This document shows, piece by piece, positions 48,831-63,339 of a DNA stretch of 64,000 bases. The notes under the pieces are model-generated. The model was not told the DNA's origin, did not search any database, and saw only the letters and a list, made by a program, of their open reading frames with translations. Every line of letters begins with the position of its first letter. Position 1 is the stretch's first letter. The translations under genes and the position numbers were made by a program. Origin of the DNA: the human T2T-CHM13v2.0 reference genome, Homo sapiens; assembly GCF_009914755.1 (NCBI RefSeq), contig NC_060931.1; one strand, 5' to 3'.

Positions 48831-50306
48831 TGGAATATCCCCAAATCTTTTTCTTCTCATGTGCTTCACATCTTGGTAGTGGTATCCCCATCCCACCAGT
48901 GGCATCAGCAAAATCCAAGGAATCATCTCTAAATCCTACTCATTCAGTCTTGCTTGCTTCTCACTCTATTTCTGAAATGTCTCTTCCAACCCTTCTCTTT
49001 CTTCTCTTCTTGTTCATCTTTACCTTCACCACCTCATTCATGCTGTAGTTCCCTACACTACTAAAATGTCACCAAACTCCTCTTCCTGCCACTAATCTTC
49101 CTGGAACACACAAACCTCTACTTACAGGTTTTCACACACCTCAAACCTTGAAGTCTTGGCTCCCAGCTTGCTTCACAAGAGCCCTCACAATACTGGGGCC
49201 AGCAATGGCTAAAAAAATATGCCAAGTGTACATTTTAACTGACATTAAAAAAACAAGTAGATACAAAGTAAAACAAGATATCTTTTGTGTTCATGAAATA
49301 TATAAAGACATCTAACAATCTCTATAAAACATAGTAAGCACTGCATACATTTTGGTTAAAAAATGAAACAAGCCAACAATAAAAGACATCTTTAATATGA
49401 TTTCAAGATTAGCAATGCTGCACTGAGGTGAATATTCTTACAAACTATTCTTAGTACTATATATATCAGCTCACTTGTTCCAGAGAATTATTCAATATAT
49501 GTTACAAGTCTCAAAAAGTATACACTTCTAATATAATATTTCCAGTCCAGGAATATTGTGAAACCCAGCCCTCCTCTCCCCATAAGGTTTTTGCAGATAT
49601 TCATCATGGCACAAATTATGATTTGTATGTATGAGGAAAGAATATATAACCATTGAAATATTAGAGTTTTTGAACAGAAAAATATTCAGGATACAATGCT
49701 AAGGGAAAAGCAAGATACAAAATTGTTTTTATGGCATCATTAACCGAGGAAAATAGGCATGGAAACGATAATGATAAGGATGAACTGCTCAGCACTCATT
49801 ATTATGGCTGGTCATATCACACATTTCTCCCCCTCTATTTCTTTTTTATGTTTCTGTACTTTCCAAATACTTTACTATAGGCGTATATTATTTCTTCATT
49901 CAGAAAAACATATGACAGGTCTGGAGATGTATGAGTAATAAAGAAACAAAAAATAGTAAAAACTGAAAAAGTAAAAGAGAAATTCAGGTTGAGTTACATA
50001 TTAAATGATGGTAACTTGCTATACCAGATCCAATGTTACTTTGGGGAAAGGAGTGGGAAGCCCTGAGTATGCAGCACCTAAGGGCAGGGACTTGCAATCA
50101 AGATCAATAACCACCTGGGCATTTAGGCAGAGTCTATTACAGCTTATGTGCATTCAGAATTCCAATTATGAGGTCCTGACATTTTAAGATTTCCTATTCA
50201 AACAAGTTTCCCAAACAATTCTAAATAGCTCCCTTTATAAAGCCGCTGTGGAAGATGACAAAAATACTCAAGTCACTTCATGTCAGCCTTTAACTGTGTG
50301 TGTTAA

Positions 50307-50842
50307 TGAGTCCAGAGTTTCTTCCTTCTGGTGGGTTCGTGGTCTCGCTGACTTCAAGAATGAAGCCGCTGACATTCTCAGTGAGTGTTACAGTTCTTAA
50401 GGATGGTGTGTCCAGAGTTTGTTCTTTCAGATATGTCTGGAGCTTCTTCCTTGCAGTGGGTTCGTGGTCTTGCTGACTTCAAGAATGAAGCCAACGACCT
50501 TTGTGGTGAGTGTTACAGCTCTTAAAGGTGGTGCAGACCCAAAGACTGAGCAGTAGCAACATTTATCGTGAAGAGCGAAAGAACAAAGCTTCCACAGTGT
50601 GGAAGGGGACCCTAGCAGGTTGCTGCTACTGGCTGGAATGCCCAGGTTTTAGTCCCTTATTTGTCCCCGCCCACATCCTTCTGATGGGTCCATTTTACAG
50701 AGTGCCGATTGGTCCATTTTACATAGTGCCAATTGGTCCATTTAACAGAGTGCTGATTGGTGCATTTTACAATCCTCTTGTAAGACAGAAAAGTTCTCCA
50801 AGTCCCCACCCTACCCAGAAGTCCAGCTGGCTTCACCTCTCA
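50307..50842 (-). mobile_element. ERV9 LTR12 (LTR12F-like) solo LTR
   Basis: Two gggttcgtggtctYgctgacttcaagaatgaagcc repeats, tandem ATTGG (CCAAT) units, end ctggcttcacctctca. 4-bp TSD TTAA at 50303-50306 and 50843-50846. 536 bp. Confidence 0.93.
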
Positions 50843-52190
50843 TTAATGCTTCAGTGCCCAAGATTTGTCCTGCAATATACCCACAAACTCTCGAATTCAG
50901 TGTAATCTAACAAAATGGTTTTAAATAGAGCTTTTATACAAGAAACAAAGTTCTTATTTTGTAAGAAAAAAGACACTTTGAGAAACACCTGAGGTAAAGA
51001 TCTAAGGATTTAGAGGCACAAAAGCCTCAGTTCAAACACCATCATTTATAAACTGTATGACCTTACTCAGATTGTTTACATTCTCTGAGCAAATACAGAA
51101 ATAGAAAAAGATAAGCTCCAGCTTCTAAGACTTCAAGTGTCAGTTAATCACACTCACTTCTTTTAAAAGCCATATGTGTTTCATCGCTTGCTTTTAACCT
51201 TCATTCTCTAAAGAACAACATCTCAGAACCTGATAAAAGCATTAATATTTGAAACACGTTATATATAGTTGACATTTTAAACTAAATATTTTCATGACAT
51301 TATAGAGACTGTTCTGCTGTGTGGCCACTGGACATCAATATGTAACTCTAAAATAAATGAAAACATTGGGGGCATAGTGAGGTCCCTGGTAAGAACAAGT
51401 AAAAAGTGTGGTATTTAAGCAAATATGCTACATACAGCTATCTTTAATGAGAAAAAAAATAAGTTGCCAGTAAAATGTTAATATGCATTTGGCCCTTGGG
51501 GAACAGATGGTGCTACCTACTGCAAGAATTACATATTGATTTGGTCAGGGAACAGGGCCTGAGGGCCAGGCATATAAAAAAAAATTAGGTAACTTCTGTC
51601 AGAAAGTTTCTAATAGAATTCAGGTCTCTTTCAACCTCAACACATACCTCAAAAGTTACTTTTCAGAATACATTCCTGATTCCCCTTCTTACTCTTGGTT
51701 TCTTGTTTTGCTCCTAAAACTGCTTAATATTTTCAATTTCACTGGGTCTTAATTAATTGAAAGTTTATATTATGTTAAAGAAAAATATCCCAAAAGACTT
51801 TCTTAAAAGTTTAAAGTTTTATAGATGATTGACTGAATATGGGAGTCATCTGTTGAAAAGAATTGGATAATTAATTAGATGACATCCTTCTAATTTTTTA
51901 TTCCTGTCTTAATGTATATAATACCTGGTTATGCCTCTAGGCAAAAATATGCCACAGAATGAGTTATAAGTTTCTTTTGAAATCGCTTTCTCCAGTCAAT
52001 TGTGTATTTCATCATATCAAGGTCATTTTAGAACCTTGGTCATTTAGAACCTATAGGTCTTATTATAGTTAATGGCTCCAGTAATACATAGGGGAGTCAA
52101 AGATAAAACTATTAAGTCACTCAAAAACAAAATGAAAAACATAAGAAAAATAGAGAATATTTTAATTACACACATATGACTACACTATTA

Positions 52191-52483
52191 TAGTCATCCT
52201 TTGTTATCCATGAGGGATAGGTTCCAGGACCCCCATGAATACCAAAATCCATGGATGCTTGGGGCCCTTATATAAAATGGCATAGTATTTACATACGGTA
52301 TTCTCCTGTATACTTTAAATCTTCTCCAGGTTACTTATAATACCTAACACAATATAAATGTTATATAAACCATTATTATACTATTTTTTGTTTATTTGTA
52401 ATTTTATTTGTAATTTTTTCCCAAGTATCTTCAATCTGCAGTTGGTTGAATCCTTGGACCCCATGGATGTGGAGGGCCAACTG
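52191..52483. mobile_element. MER2 (TcMar-Tigger)
   Basis: TIR-like ends tagtcatcctttgttatcc / ggatgtggagggccaactg, with TA TSD. Confidence 0.88.
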
Positions 52484-52807
52484 TATAATGATTCTCCAGA
52501 GCAAACTTCATACCTCTGTATATCTCCAGTAAAGTTGAAATGCAGATAAAAACATCCCTTTGTCAATGACAAACAGTCTTAAAAGGATGATCAGAAAATT
52601 CATCCAAATAGAACGTTCTGGGATTTATAAGTGCACTAATAAAAACTGTAGGATGACTTCAAGGAGCTGCCTCACCCCAAAGAAAAGAAAACCCCACTCT
52701 TTACCTCCCAACTTCCTCCCAAGTTCACAAAAAATAAGAGACTAGCCAAAGGTTGGAAGGATGTGCTCCTATCTCTAGATTGTAACCAACAAGTACCTGA
52801 CACAACA

Positions 52808-53103
52808 TTTTTTTTTTAAGACAGGGTATCACTCTGTTACCCAGGCTGGAGTGCAGAAGTGTAATCATAGCTCACTGCAGATTCCAACTTCCGGTTCAAG
52901 TGATCACCTACCTCGGTTTTCCAATTAGCTGGGTCTACAGGCATGTGCCACCACACCTGGCTAAATTTTTTACTTTTTATCTTTTTGTAGAGGCAGGGTC
53001 TCACTTTGTTGGCCAGGCTTGTCTCAAACTCCTGGCCTCAAGCAATTCTCCTGTCATCCTCCCAAAGTGCTGTGATTACCAGTGTGAGCCACTGTGCCCA
53101 GCC
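52808..53103 (-). mobile_element. AluJ
   Basis: Antisense dimer with J-type agacagggt and ctcctggcctcaagcaat. Confidence 0.9.
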
Positions 53104-53215
53104 ATAATATATTTTTTTTAAAGATAAAGGTAATTGCAACATTTTAGAACCCCCAAGGATAAAGAACATTAAAACATTTAAGAAAGAAAAAACAGGTTAT
53201 TTTAAAATGAATGAA

Positions 53216-54406
53216 TATAGCCACTCTACTATGCAATAGAATATCAGGATTTCTCTTATAAAACTGTAATTTTATACCTGCTGACCAACCTCTCTAAACC
53301 CCTGTACCCAATACTTTTCCCAGCCCTTGGTAACCACTATTATACTCTCTACTTCTATGAGATCAACTTTTTTAGGTTCCATATGCATGAGATCATGCAG
53401 TATTTGTCCCTCTATGCTTGGTTTATTTCACTTAACATAACATCCTCTAGGTTCATCCATGTTGTCACAAATGACAGAATTTCATTCTTTTTAATAGTAA
53501 AATAGTAATCTTTTTATAGTTAAATAGTAATGGTATGAGTATATATACCATATTTGCTTTATCCAGTCATCCAATGATAGACATTTAAGTAGATTTCCAT
53601 GTCTTGACTATTGTGTACAGTACTGTAGTAAACATGGGAATACATATATGTCTTGACATATGAATTTCATTTCCTTTGAATAGATACCCAGTAGTTGATT
53701 ATTGGATCACATGGTAGTCCTATTTTTAATTTTTTTGTGGGACTCCCATTCTGTTTTCCATAATGGCTGTGCCAATTTACATTCCCACCAGCAGTGTTTA
53801 AGAGTTCACCTTTCCCCACATCTTTCCCAGCATTTGTTGTCTTTTGTCTATTTGATAATAGCCATTCTAACTTGGGTGAGATGATAGTTCACTGTGGTTT
53901 TGATTTGCATTTCCCCGATAATTAGTGATATTGAGCATTTTTTCATATATCTGTTGACCATTTGTATATCTTCTTTTGAGAAATGTCTATTCAGATTGCT
54001 TGCCCATTTTTAAATTGGATTATTTGTTTGTTATTGAATTGTTGGAGTTCCTTGCATATTCTGGATATTAAACCCTTGTCAGATGCACAGTTTATAATTT
54101 CTCTCATTCTGTAAGTCTTCTCTTCACTCTGTTGTTTCCTTTGCTGTGCAGAAGCTTTTTAGTTTGATGTAATCCTATTTGTCTATTTTTGCCATAGTCA
54201 ACAATAATGTATTGTATATTTCAAAACAACTAGAATAGAGGATTTTTAATTTTCTCACCACAAAGAAATAACAAGTTTCAGGTGACGGATATACTAATTG
54301 CTCAGATTCGATCATTACGCACTATGCGTATATATTGAAACATCATAATGTATCCCATAAATATGTACCATTATCTGTCCATTCAAAACAAAATAAAACA
54401 TATTTA
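53216..54406 (+). mobile_element. L1MA with 5' inversion (twin priming), inserted in a HAL1/L1M ORF1-like relic
   Basis: 53216-54193 antisense and 54194-54406 sense 3' end. The two pieces are contiguous in the L1MA 3' UTR (gtggctata|gtcaacaataa). Degenerate TSD aaaatgaatgaa / aaaataaacaaa. Confidence 0.8.
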
Positions 54407-54814
54407 AAAATAAACAAAACCAGACTGCATGCTTTTCATTAGCAACACTAGAAGCTAGAAGATAGTGGAGTAATACCTTCAAAGTTCTGAGGGAGAATGA
54501 TTTCAACCTGGAATTCTATGCGCAGCCAATTTCCCTGTTAAAATGAGGAAAATTTTAGACCTCCATAGAATCAGAAAATTTCTCACACACTATTTCCTAC
54601 AAAGATGGCAGATCAGAAAACAGAGGCTCCAATTCAAAAGAATTATGAAGAAATAATGACAACTCTCAGCCTGCTGTCCAAACACTAGTTCAGACTGAAG
54701 CAAGCTATAGGAAGGCTACAGGAAGGACATATCTGCAGAGAGAGGTAAAAGTGGAGAGATTACTGCTGTACTTTGGAATAGTGATTCTCAAACTAAATCA
54801 GACAAAACATCCCA

Positions 54815-55275
54815 GTCTGGATATTCTTCCTTTGTCCTCAAATTCACCGTCTATTCTCTGCTCTGTGCCTTGGGAGGCTAAGGAACCCTAACAGCTTACA
54901 TTTTTGCTTTTCAGATTCTCTTTTGGTTTCCCTTTTTGTGAAATGTCATCACATAATCCAAGGAAAGAAGAGAAAGAAGACAGGAGATTTATCCCTAGCC
55001 TCCCTCCTTGCCACAGAAGGTGGGACAGTGACCAGAGGCCTCACTAAAAACCACAGCTTCCATCAGAAGGCCTCTCTCTCTCATGGCTATAGTTCCCACC
55101 CAGTTCTGGCCACAGCTCCCTTCTGCCCACTGAGCCTTAAGAGGAGTAAGGGCTTCCCTCCATAGTCAATCCCTGAATGACTCACTCATCCCTAAATCCT
55201 GCCCAACCCTCTGTAATTTGTGAATTGCCCTTTAGAGTGTGACAACTATTTTTTGCTGGACCCTAACTCAATAAT
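54815..55275 (+). mobile_element. LTR33-like solo LTR within a hAT-Charlie (MER20B-like) relic spanning ~54778-56106
   Basis: ctctgctctgtgccttgggaggct...taaatcctgccca...ggaccctaactcaata. Flanking agtgattctcaa and tgagaaccag TIR-like ends. Confidence 0.5.
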
Positions 55276-56299
55276 GATCAATAAGCTCCATTTTGTTTTT
55301 TTTAAAAAAAAAAGAATAACCCTTTTTGCTATCCAGAAATGAAATGTATTGCTAAATTATCTGCACAATTCCAAATAAATAAATACATGATCCTAACTGG
55401 AATAGAAATAATAAAATAACTGAAATAACGTGTATTTCAGTATGTAAACACTTAGATATAACTAGTCAAGAAGATAAAGTAGATGTGTACACCCACTTAT
55501 ATAATAAAGAAGTCTGGGTTTAGGGGAAGTTAAGCAATATTTAACTGAATGCTGTCAACACTATTCTCTTTTTTTGACATTTTGAAATAAGGGCTTAATA
55601 GTTTTTGCATATAGCCTTAAAATCAAGAAAAATGTGACAACTGAAAATGAAGGCTGATACAAGCATCCTGTATTGATAATACAAATATCACAACCATTAT
55701 TGCTGCTGGTGACATTGTTTTTCAAAATGGTGAGCAATTCTCAGAAAAGTTGCTAACAAGAAAAGTTCAGTCTTCCCTCAATTTACCTGGGTGTCTTCTA
55801 CATATCTGCGAAAACTTGCTATATATTAAAATCATATAAAATACACTTTATATTTTATAAGTAAATAATTATTTCTAGGCTCAAATAATTATGAACAAGT
55901 TTTTGCCTACATAATGTTTAAGAGAACACTGAGATGTGATGTAGGATGAAGAACAATTATTCATCATGCATTTCAGAATTTCTAGAATCCCTAGACCCTA
56001 CCCACTAAATACCGTAGCAATGCCCAATCACAGAGAAAATTCAAAAACACCCCCACAAATGTTTTAAATGTCTACTAGGGAGTATTAATATTCCCACTGA
56101 GAACCAGGGTTTATAATCTGGAACAACTTAAGGAGGCAACAAAGGAAGACAAGATGGGTAGAGAAGAAAAATAAAGTTAAAATTACAAAAAAAGTTCAAA
56201 TGAATGAAATGGTAATCAACATATATGTAGCTGTGCAGACAAATGTAGTTGATCTTGATCATGTAAACACCATTAGGAGGTTTTCAATTTGTAGAATCA

Positions 56300-56756
<457 letters not shown>

Positions 56757-56877
56757 TTATGTCTGAGTCAGTACCTCTGAAATTCCCTTAGTATTTTCCC
56801 CAGAGTCATAATATGATTGCTACAGCTCCAGACATGGGATGGAGGCAGCAAGGCTAAAAATGTGTTATCTGTCATAC

Positions 56878-57076
56878 ACCAAAAATACAAAAAAAATAAA
56901 ATTAGCCAGGGGTGGTGGCATGTGCCCATGGTTCCAGCTACTTGGGAGGCTGGGTCAGGAGGATTGTTTGAGCCCAGGAGGTCAAGGCTTCAGTAAGTCA
57001 TGAAATTGCCACTGCACTCGAGCCTGGGCAACAAAGTGAAACTCTGTCTCAAAAAACAAAAAAACAAACCAAAAAA
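56878..57076 (+). mobile_element. 5'-truncated AluJ/FRAM
   Basis: Middle A-tract plus J-type right arm and tail. Confidence 0.85.
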
Positions 57077-57521
57077 ACTTATGTCACATGGCCACTTGTA
57101 GCTCTCAGGAAAGCTAGAAAAGCAAGTACCTTACCTAGGGCTGGAACTATTACAGCAAGAAAGAAATAAGGAAAATGACCGTCAAGTAGGCAATTAATAT
57201 TGTCAGCAAGAAATGCAGGGCCATAATGTCTATACCTAAAGGAACAAGACATAAAGGGATAAGTATATTAATTAAATTACAAAGAGATATGTATACTATT
57301 TAAATTACAAAGCAAACTGTAGTTAAGATATGGGCCCTAGACTCCTTCCAACTTGTAGCTCTGTTATCCTCAATAAGTAGCAACATCAATTTGGCCAAAT
57401 GGCTGCTCTAACTCCTACCACACTGACATTGACATTCCAGCCAGTAAGAAGGGGGAAGAGACCAGAGAGAACCATTTCTTCCCTTTCAGAAAATGGCCCA
57501 TAGGTTTGTACTCATCACTTC

Positions 57522-57931
57522 TGTTTGTATGTTTGTCCCCACCAACCCTCATATTGAAATTTGATCCCAATGTTGGAAGTAGGGGCCTAATGGGAGGTGT
57601 TTGGGTGATGGGGGTGGACACCTCATGATTAATGCCCTCCCTGTGGTGGGTGGTGAGGGAGTTCTCACTCTGTTAGTTTCCGTGAGGGATGGTTGTTAAA
57701 ATGAGTCTGGCATCTCCTCTCTCACACTCTCTCGTTTCTTCTCTCACCATGTAATCTCTGCATACACTAGCAACACTTTGCCTTCCACATACGTTGAATT
57801 AGCCTGAGACTCTCACCAGTTGCCAGCGCCTTGCCAGCACCATGCTTCTTGTATGGTCTGCAGAATCTCTTACCTTTATAAATTGCCCAGCCTCAGGTAT
57901 TTCTTTACAGCAACACTAAACAGATTAAGAC
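57522..57931 (+). mobile_element. MSTB-like MaLR LTR nested in an older MLT1 relic
   Basis: tgtttgtccccaccaa..ttgaaatttgatccc..cagcctcaggtatttctttacagcaacactaaacagattaagaca. Confidence 0.82.
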
Positions 57932-58988
57932 ATCCCACTAGACTGAACTTAAGTCTTGGCTATAGCTGCAATGGAAGAGATGCTGTGACACATGTGAGAC
58001 CCTGACTGTTCCACAGCCAGCTACTGACAGATTTTTGAGGCAACAATTCTAAGCCAATTCTTGCTCCTATTGCAGCAAAACTTACTTTCTACTCTCCTCA
58101 GAGAAGTATCAGCAGTCTCTGGCTTGTATCTGACTTCTGTACAAACATTGCCTCTGCAATTCCTCATTAAGACTGATGATCTTATGGGACCTGGTCCTAT
58201 TTCGCATGGTAGAAATAACAAAGCTGGTGTTTCCCACAGTTGTGTTATTGACCCACATTCTCTATAGACAATCATGGTCTGTCCCATTGTTAATGAAAGG
58301 GGGAAAAGGAAAATGAGAAATGTAGACTTCAACCACACAGCATTTATCCAACTAAAAATTCTGTTGCTTATAAGAATGTGAGAACATCTTGGAGGTCCAC
58401 TAGCAGTAGATAACCATATTCCAAGTGGAAGAAAGGGGAGCCACATGTCTGTGTGAGTGAGCTAAATCTTCCCCACCCAGCACCCTCTGCAGGAAGTACT
58501 GTAAAGACTAAAGTCTAAGAAGAATGAATGAAGGAAAGTGGTGTAGGCATCTTATTTTGATGTTGGAAGTATTTTCCCAAAGAATTAAAAACATTAATAG
58601 TTAAAAGAATTTCTTCTGGGAATGTGACTGGGAATGGGAAAAAGTGGGGCAGGGGACTGCTGCTTTCTATTTTAAGTTCTGCAAGGCTTATTTAACCACA
58701 TAAACATATTTATTATTTTAATAAAATAGCTTAAACATTTTTAACCATGTTATAATCTCAAAATAGCACAGTTTCACCCTACTGCATTTATAAACTTAAA
58801 TAATATTGAGTAAATACTTTCAGGCTATATTCTATATTACCTCTCAGGCTACCACCTATTCAAACTTTAACCATTGCTATAGTCTCCAAATTGGTCTTTC
58901 TTCTTCTACTCTTGCCCCTACAATCTATTCTCAAGACTGTACAACTCTAAGAGGGTGCCTTAAATTCCATCTTAACAAAGTCTCTGGT

Positions 58989-59288
<300 letters not shown>

Positions 59289-59339
59289 TACCCCTGAAGC
59301 TGTGCCATGTAGTGGCACTGTCTATTCTCAGATCAGACA

Positions 59340-59823
59340 AAGAGATGTTTTTAGAATCTTAATCAGATCATTTCCTGAAACTTTTGAAAACCTTCCAACA
59401 GCTTCCCAGCACACCTAAATTCCGAACATCTTACCACGGCCTAAAAAATTCATATAAGCTAGCCTCTGCATACCTCTCCAGATGCAATTCTTCCCACTTT
59501 CCTCTTCTCACATCATGCTAGCCACCCTGCACAACTTTGCTGCTTTTTATAGGAAAAGCTTATTCTATTCCACCACAGGACTTTTTATTCTTGCTTTAGT
59601 GCTATATTGGATACTCTTTCCTCCTCTGTTTCCAAGGGGCTCAGTCCTTCACTTAATTAATCCTGATCAACTGCTACCTGCTTCTACAAGAGGCTTGCCC
59701 TGACCACCCTATCTAAAATAACCACTGACACCAAACCCCCTCCCACAGTTACTCTCCCTTAAGAGGAATATACATATATGTATCTGTTGCTTAATCCATC
59801 TCCTCTACTAGAATATAAGCTTC
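59340..59823 (+). mobile_element. L2, left part (resumes at ~63355-63450)
   Basis: agaggcttgccctgaccaccctatctaaaata...ctagaatataagcttc. The L2 3' end continues after the L1MA. Confidence 0.75.
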
Positions 59824-59838
59824 AAAAGGGCTTTCTTG

Positions 59839-62800
59839 AGCAACATGATAAAATAGGGGGCTCCTGACTGTCCCTCCTCTCACACACTGAGAAATCAATT
59901 CTCTCCAAGAGAAATAATCCAGTTGAAAGACTCCTGTGTACCAGACAACTGAGGAAATACCCTTGTCAAAATGGGTAGAAAAAGCTGAGATATACTTGCA
60001 CACTAACTCCACCCTGAGCACCCAAGAAGGAAATATCAACTCCCAGCTTATTCTTGAAGGGTAATAGTCTTGTACAACATATACCCTGCCCAACTTTTAG
60101 AGTCCCTGCTGAAGGGCTTTGCTCTTAAATCACCATGCCTGAGGAATGGCAGGGAGAGGGCATCAGATGATTTCTCTCAAGCACAAAGAACAAAGGGAGT
60201 TTTGACTGCATGGTCATTCCCAGCAGTTGTAGCCCCCAGGATCAGCCCAACTTCTATAAACCTGCATAGCAAATAAAGAATAAACTTATCTGAGCCTAAA
60301 TGGGAAACATGGCACTCCCTTTGCCCCAGGGACAATTCCAGACCCATGGAAAATCTCTCTGTGGAAAGAGATGGGAGGCCTCTGCCAACAACAATGAAAG
60401 AGAAAGCACTCCCTAAGCCTTCTTTCCTGGCTTGCTTTTGAGATATAGTCCTGCAATCTCACATTGGAAGGAAGCTGGGGAATGGGCCTCTTCATACCTG
60501 AAGGGGAAAGTGAGCACCCTCTGTGCCTTTCTCCCTGGTTCATTTCAGTGATAACTCCCAACTAGAAATCTCTTCCTGCTAGAAGGGTGTGAGACTTCTG
60601 CTTGCCTTAATGCCAGAGTGAGCACTTCTTGATCTTTCTTCTCTGACTTGCTTCAGCAATAAATCTATATCTGCAGACTCTCCCTGGAAGTAGTTTCTGC
60701 ATGCATCGAGTGCTCCAACTTTTACAGCCTTCACTTGAGTGACTGGCTCCTAAATCACCTAGCTCTGGAAGTTGATGGAGCTCTACACTGCTGGTCTCCC
60801 AGACCACAGAGAACAAAAGTGACTTTTAAACTTGCAAACCTTCAGCAACTATCTCCCCAGGTTAAAAGTGAGCACTCTGACCAAGAGTACAAGATTCTTC
60901 CTCAGACTCTCACTTTAGTGTAGGGCAGAATGAGTGGGGGATAAATTCCAGCTCTCCACTTCTCAAAGAAGGAACAGAAATATATATTTAACATTCTAAC
61001 CTCTCCAGCTACATCTCAAGAGGCTGTCTTCTCTCACCTCTCTCAAGGCAATATCATGACTTGACACTCTAATTTCCTAGGAGCCACTAAGAACAAAGAC
61101 AGCAGGTTGGACAAACACAAAGAGCTTAGAATATAGAATCCCTGATTGGAAAGAAAGATCTTTTACGCAAGACCACTCCAACAAGACAGGAAGGGGTGGT
61201 TCTCTTATCTAATGCACAGAAACCAACACAGAGAGTCAAGGAAAATTAACTAACAGAAAGATGTTCCAAATAAAAGAACAAGATACATCTCCTGAAGCTT
61301 ATGCTAATGAATGGAGATATGTTTCTGACCAGACAAGGAATTCAAAAGGACAGTAATAAAGATGCTCGCTAAAGTAAGGAGAACAATACAAGAACAAACT
61401 GATAATTTCAACGAAGAGATAGAACATATTAAAAACTACTAAACAGAAATCATTGAGCTGAAGACTATAATAACTGAGCTCAAAAATTCAACAGACAGGT
61501 TGAATAGCAGCCTAAGTCAAGAGGAAGAGAAGATTAGCAAATTTAAAGACAAAATCATTGGAAATCATCGAATCTGAGGAGCTAAATGAAAAAAGAATGA
61601 AAAAGACTGAAGATAACCTAAGGGAATTATGGAACACCATCAAGTGAATAAACTATGCATTATCAGAGTACCAGAGGGAGAAAAGAAAAAGGAATACAAA
61701 CCATATTTAAAGAAATAATGACAGAAAACTGCCCAAGTCTAGGGAAGAAATTAGAAATCCAGATCCAAGAACCTCATTGGACACCTAATATGATGAATCC
61801 AGAGACCCACAATAAGACACATTATAATCAAATTGTTATAAATAAGTTAAAATATTGTTTCTAAAGTGAAAACAAAGAGAAAATATTGAAAAATCTGCAT
61901 AAGAAAGTGACTTGTTACATACAAAGGAACTTCTATAACACTACTAGCAGATTTTTCCAAGAGAAACCCTGAAGACCAGAAGTAAATGGGATAATATATT
62001 CAAAGAGCTAAAAGAAAAATAACAAAACTGCCAATAGTATTATACCCAGCAAACCTGTCCTTCAAAAATGTAGGGGAGATAAAACTTTCTCAGACACACA
62101 AAAGCTAAAGGAATTCATCACCACTAGACCTGCTTTACAAAAAAAAAATGCTAAAATGTGTCATTCAAGCTAAAGGAGAAGATCACTAAGGAGCAACACA
62201 AAAATATCAAACTCACCGGTAAAAGTAGTTATGTAATAAAACACAGAACACACTTATACTGTAATGGAGTTGTGAATACCAAATATATCTCTAGTATGAA
62301 GATTAAAAGCCAAACTATTAAAAGCTAGAGCTTTAATAATTTGCTAACTGACACAAACAGTAAAAGATACAAAATATGTCATGAATAATAAATTGTGAAT
62401 GGGAAAAGAGTAAAAGTATAGAGTTTGTGCAAGCGATCAAAGTTATTATCAGCTTTAAACAGCCTGTTATTAGTATAAAATGTTTTATGGTAGCCTCATG
62501 GTAACCACAAGGCAAAAACCCTTAGTAGATACACAAAAAGAAAGCATTCAAAGCATACCATAGAGAAATCCTCAAACCACAAAGGAACACAGCAAAAGAA
62601 GAGAGGAACAAAGGATCTACATATTAACCAGAAAATAATTAACAAAATTTAATAGTAAATCCTTACCTATCAATAATGACTTTGAAAATAAATGGGTTAA
62701 CTTTTCTGATCAAAAGACATCAAACAGCTTAGTGGATTAAAAAAAGAAGATGCAACTACCCAACTATATGCTTCCAAAAAGAGACTAGTTTCATCTCTAA

Positions 62801-63339
62801 GGACACATTCAGATTCAAAGTGAAGGGAAGAAAAAAGATATTCCACACAAATGAAAACTAAGAGTGCAGGGGTAGCTATACATATCAGGCAAAATAGACT
62901 TTAAATCAAAAACTGTAAAAAGAGACAAAGAAGGTCATTATATAATAATAAAGGGGTCAATTCATCAAAAAGTTATAATAATTGTAAATATATGTGCATA
63001 GAAACAGAGTAGAAAGATAGCCACCAGAGGCTGGAGGGAGTGGGAGGGATGGAGAAAGGAGAGATGTTGATCAAAGGGTACAACATTTCAGTTGAACTGG
63101 AAGAATAAATTTTAGTGATCTACTGCATTGCATGGTGACTGACCACAGTTAATAATTATGTATTGTATATTTCAAAATTGGTACACAAATAGATTTTTAA
63201 CAACCTCACCACAAAAAGAAGATAAGTTGGTGAGGTGATGGATATGTTAATTAGATTGAATCATTATACAATGTATACATAGATTAAAGCATCACATTGT
63301 ACCAGACATACACAATTATTTGTCACCCAAAAAGAGATT
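59839..63339 (+). mobile_element. L1MA with 5' UTR, ORF1 and EN start fused directly to the 3' UTR (large internal deletion)
   Basis: ORF1-like ~61250-62190 and EN motif aaagagacaaagaaggtcattatataat. Jump at ~63000 to the 3' UTR. 15-bp TSD aaaagggctttcttg (59824-59838) / aaaagcgctatcttg (63340-63354). Confidence 0.8.

Noticed and set aside
58021-58446. 141-aa minus-strand ORF
   Set aside because: No recognisable domain or convincing splice context. Likely chance or a decayed repeat.
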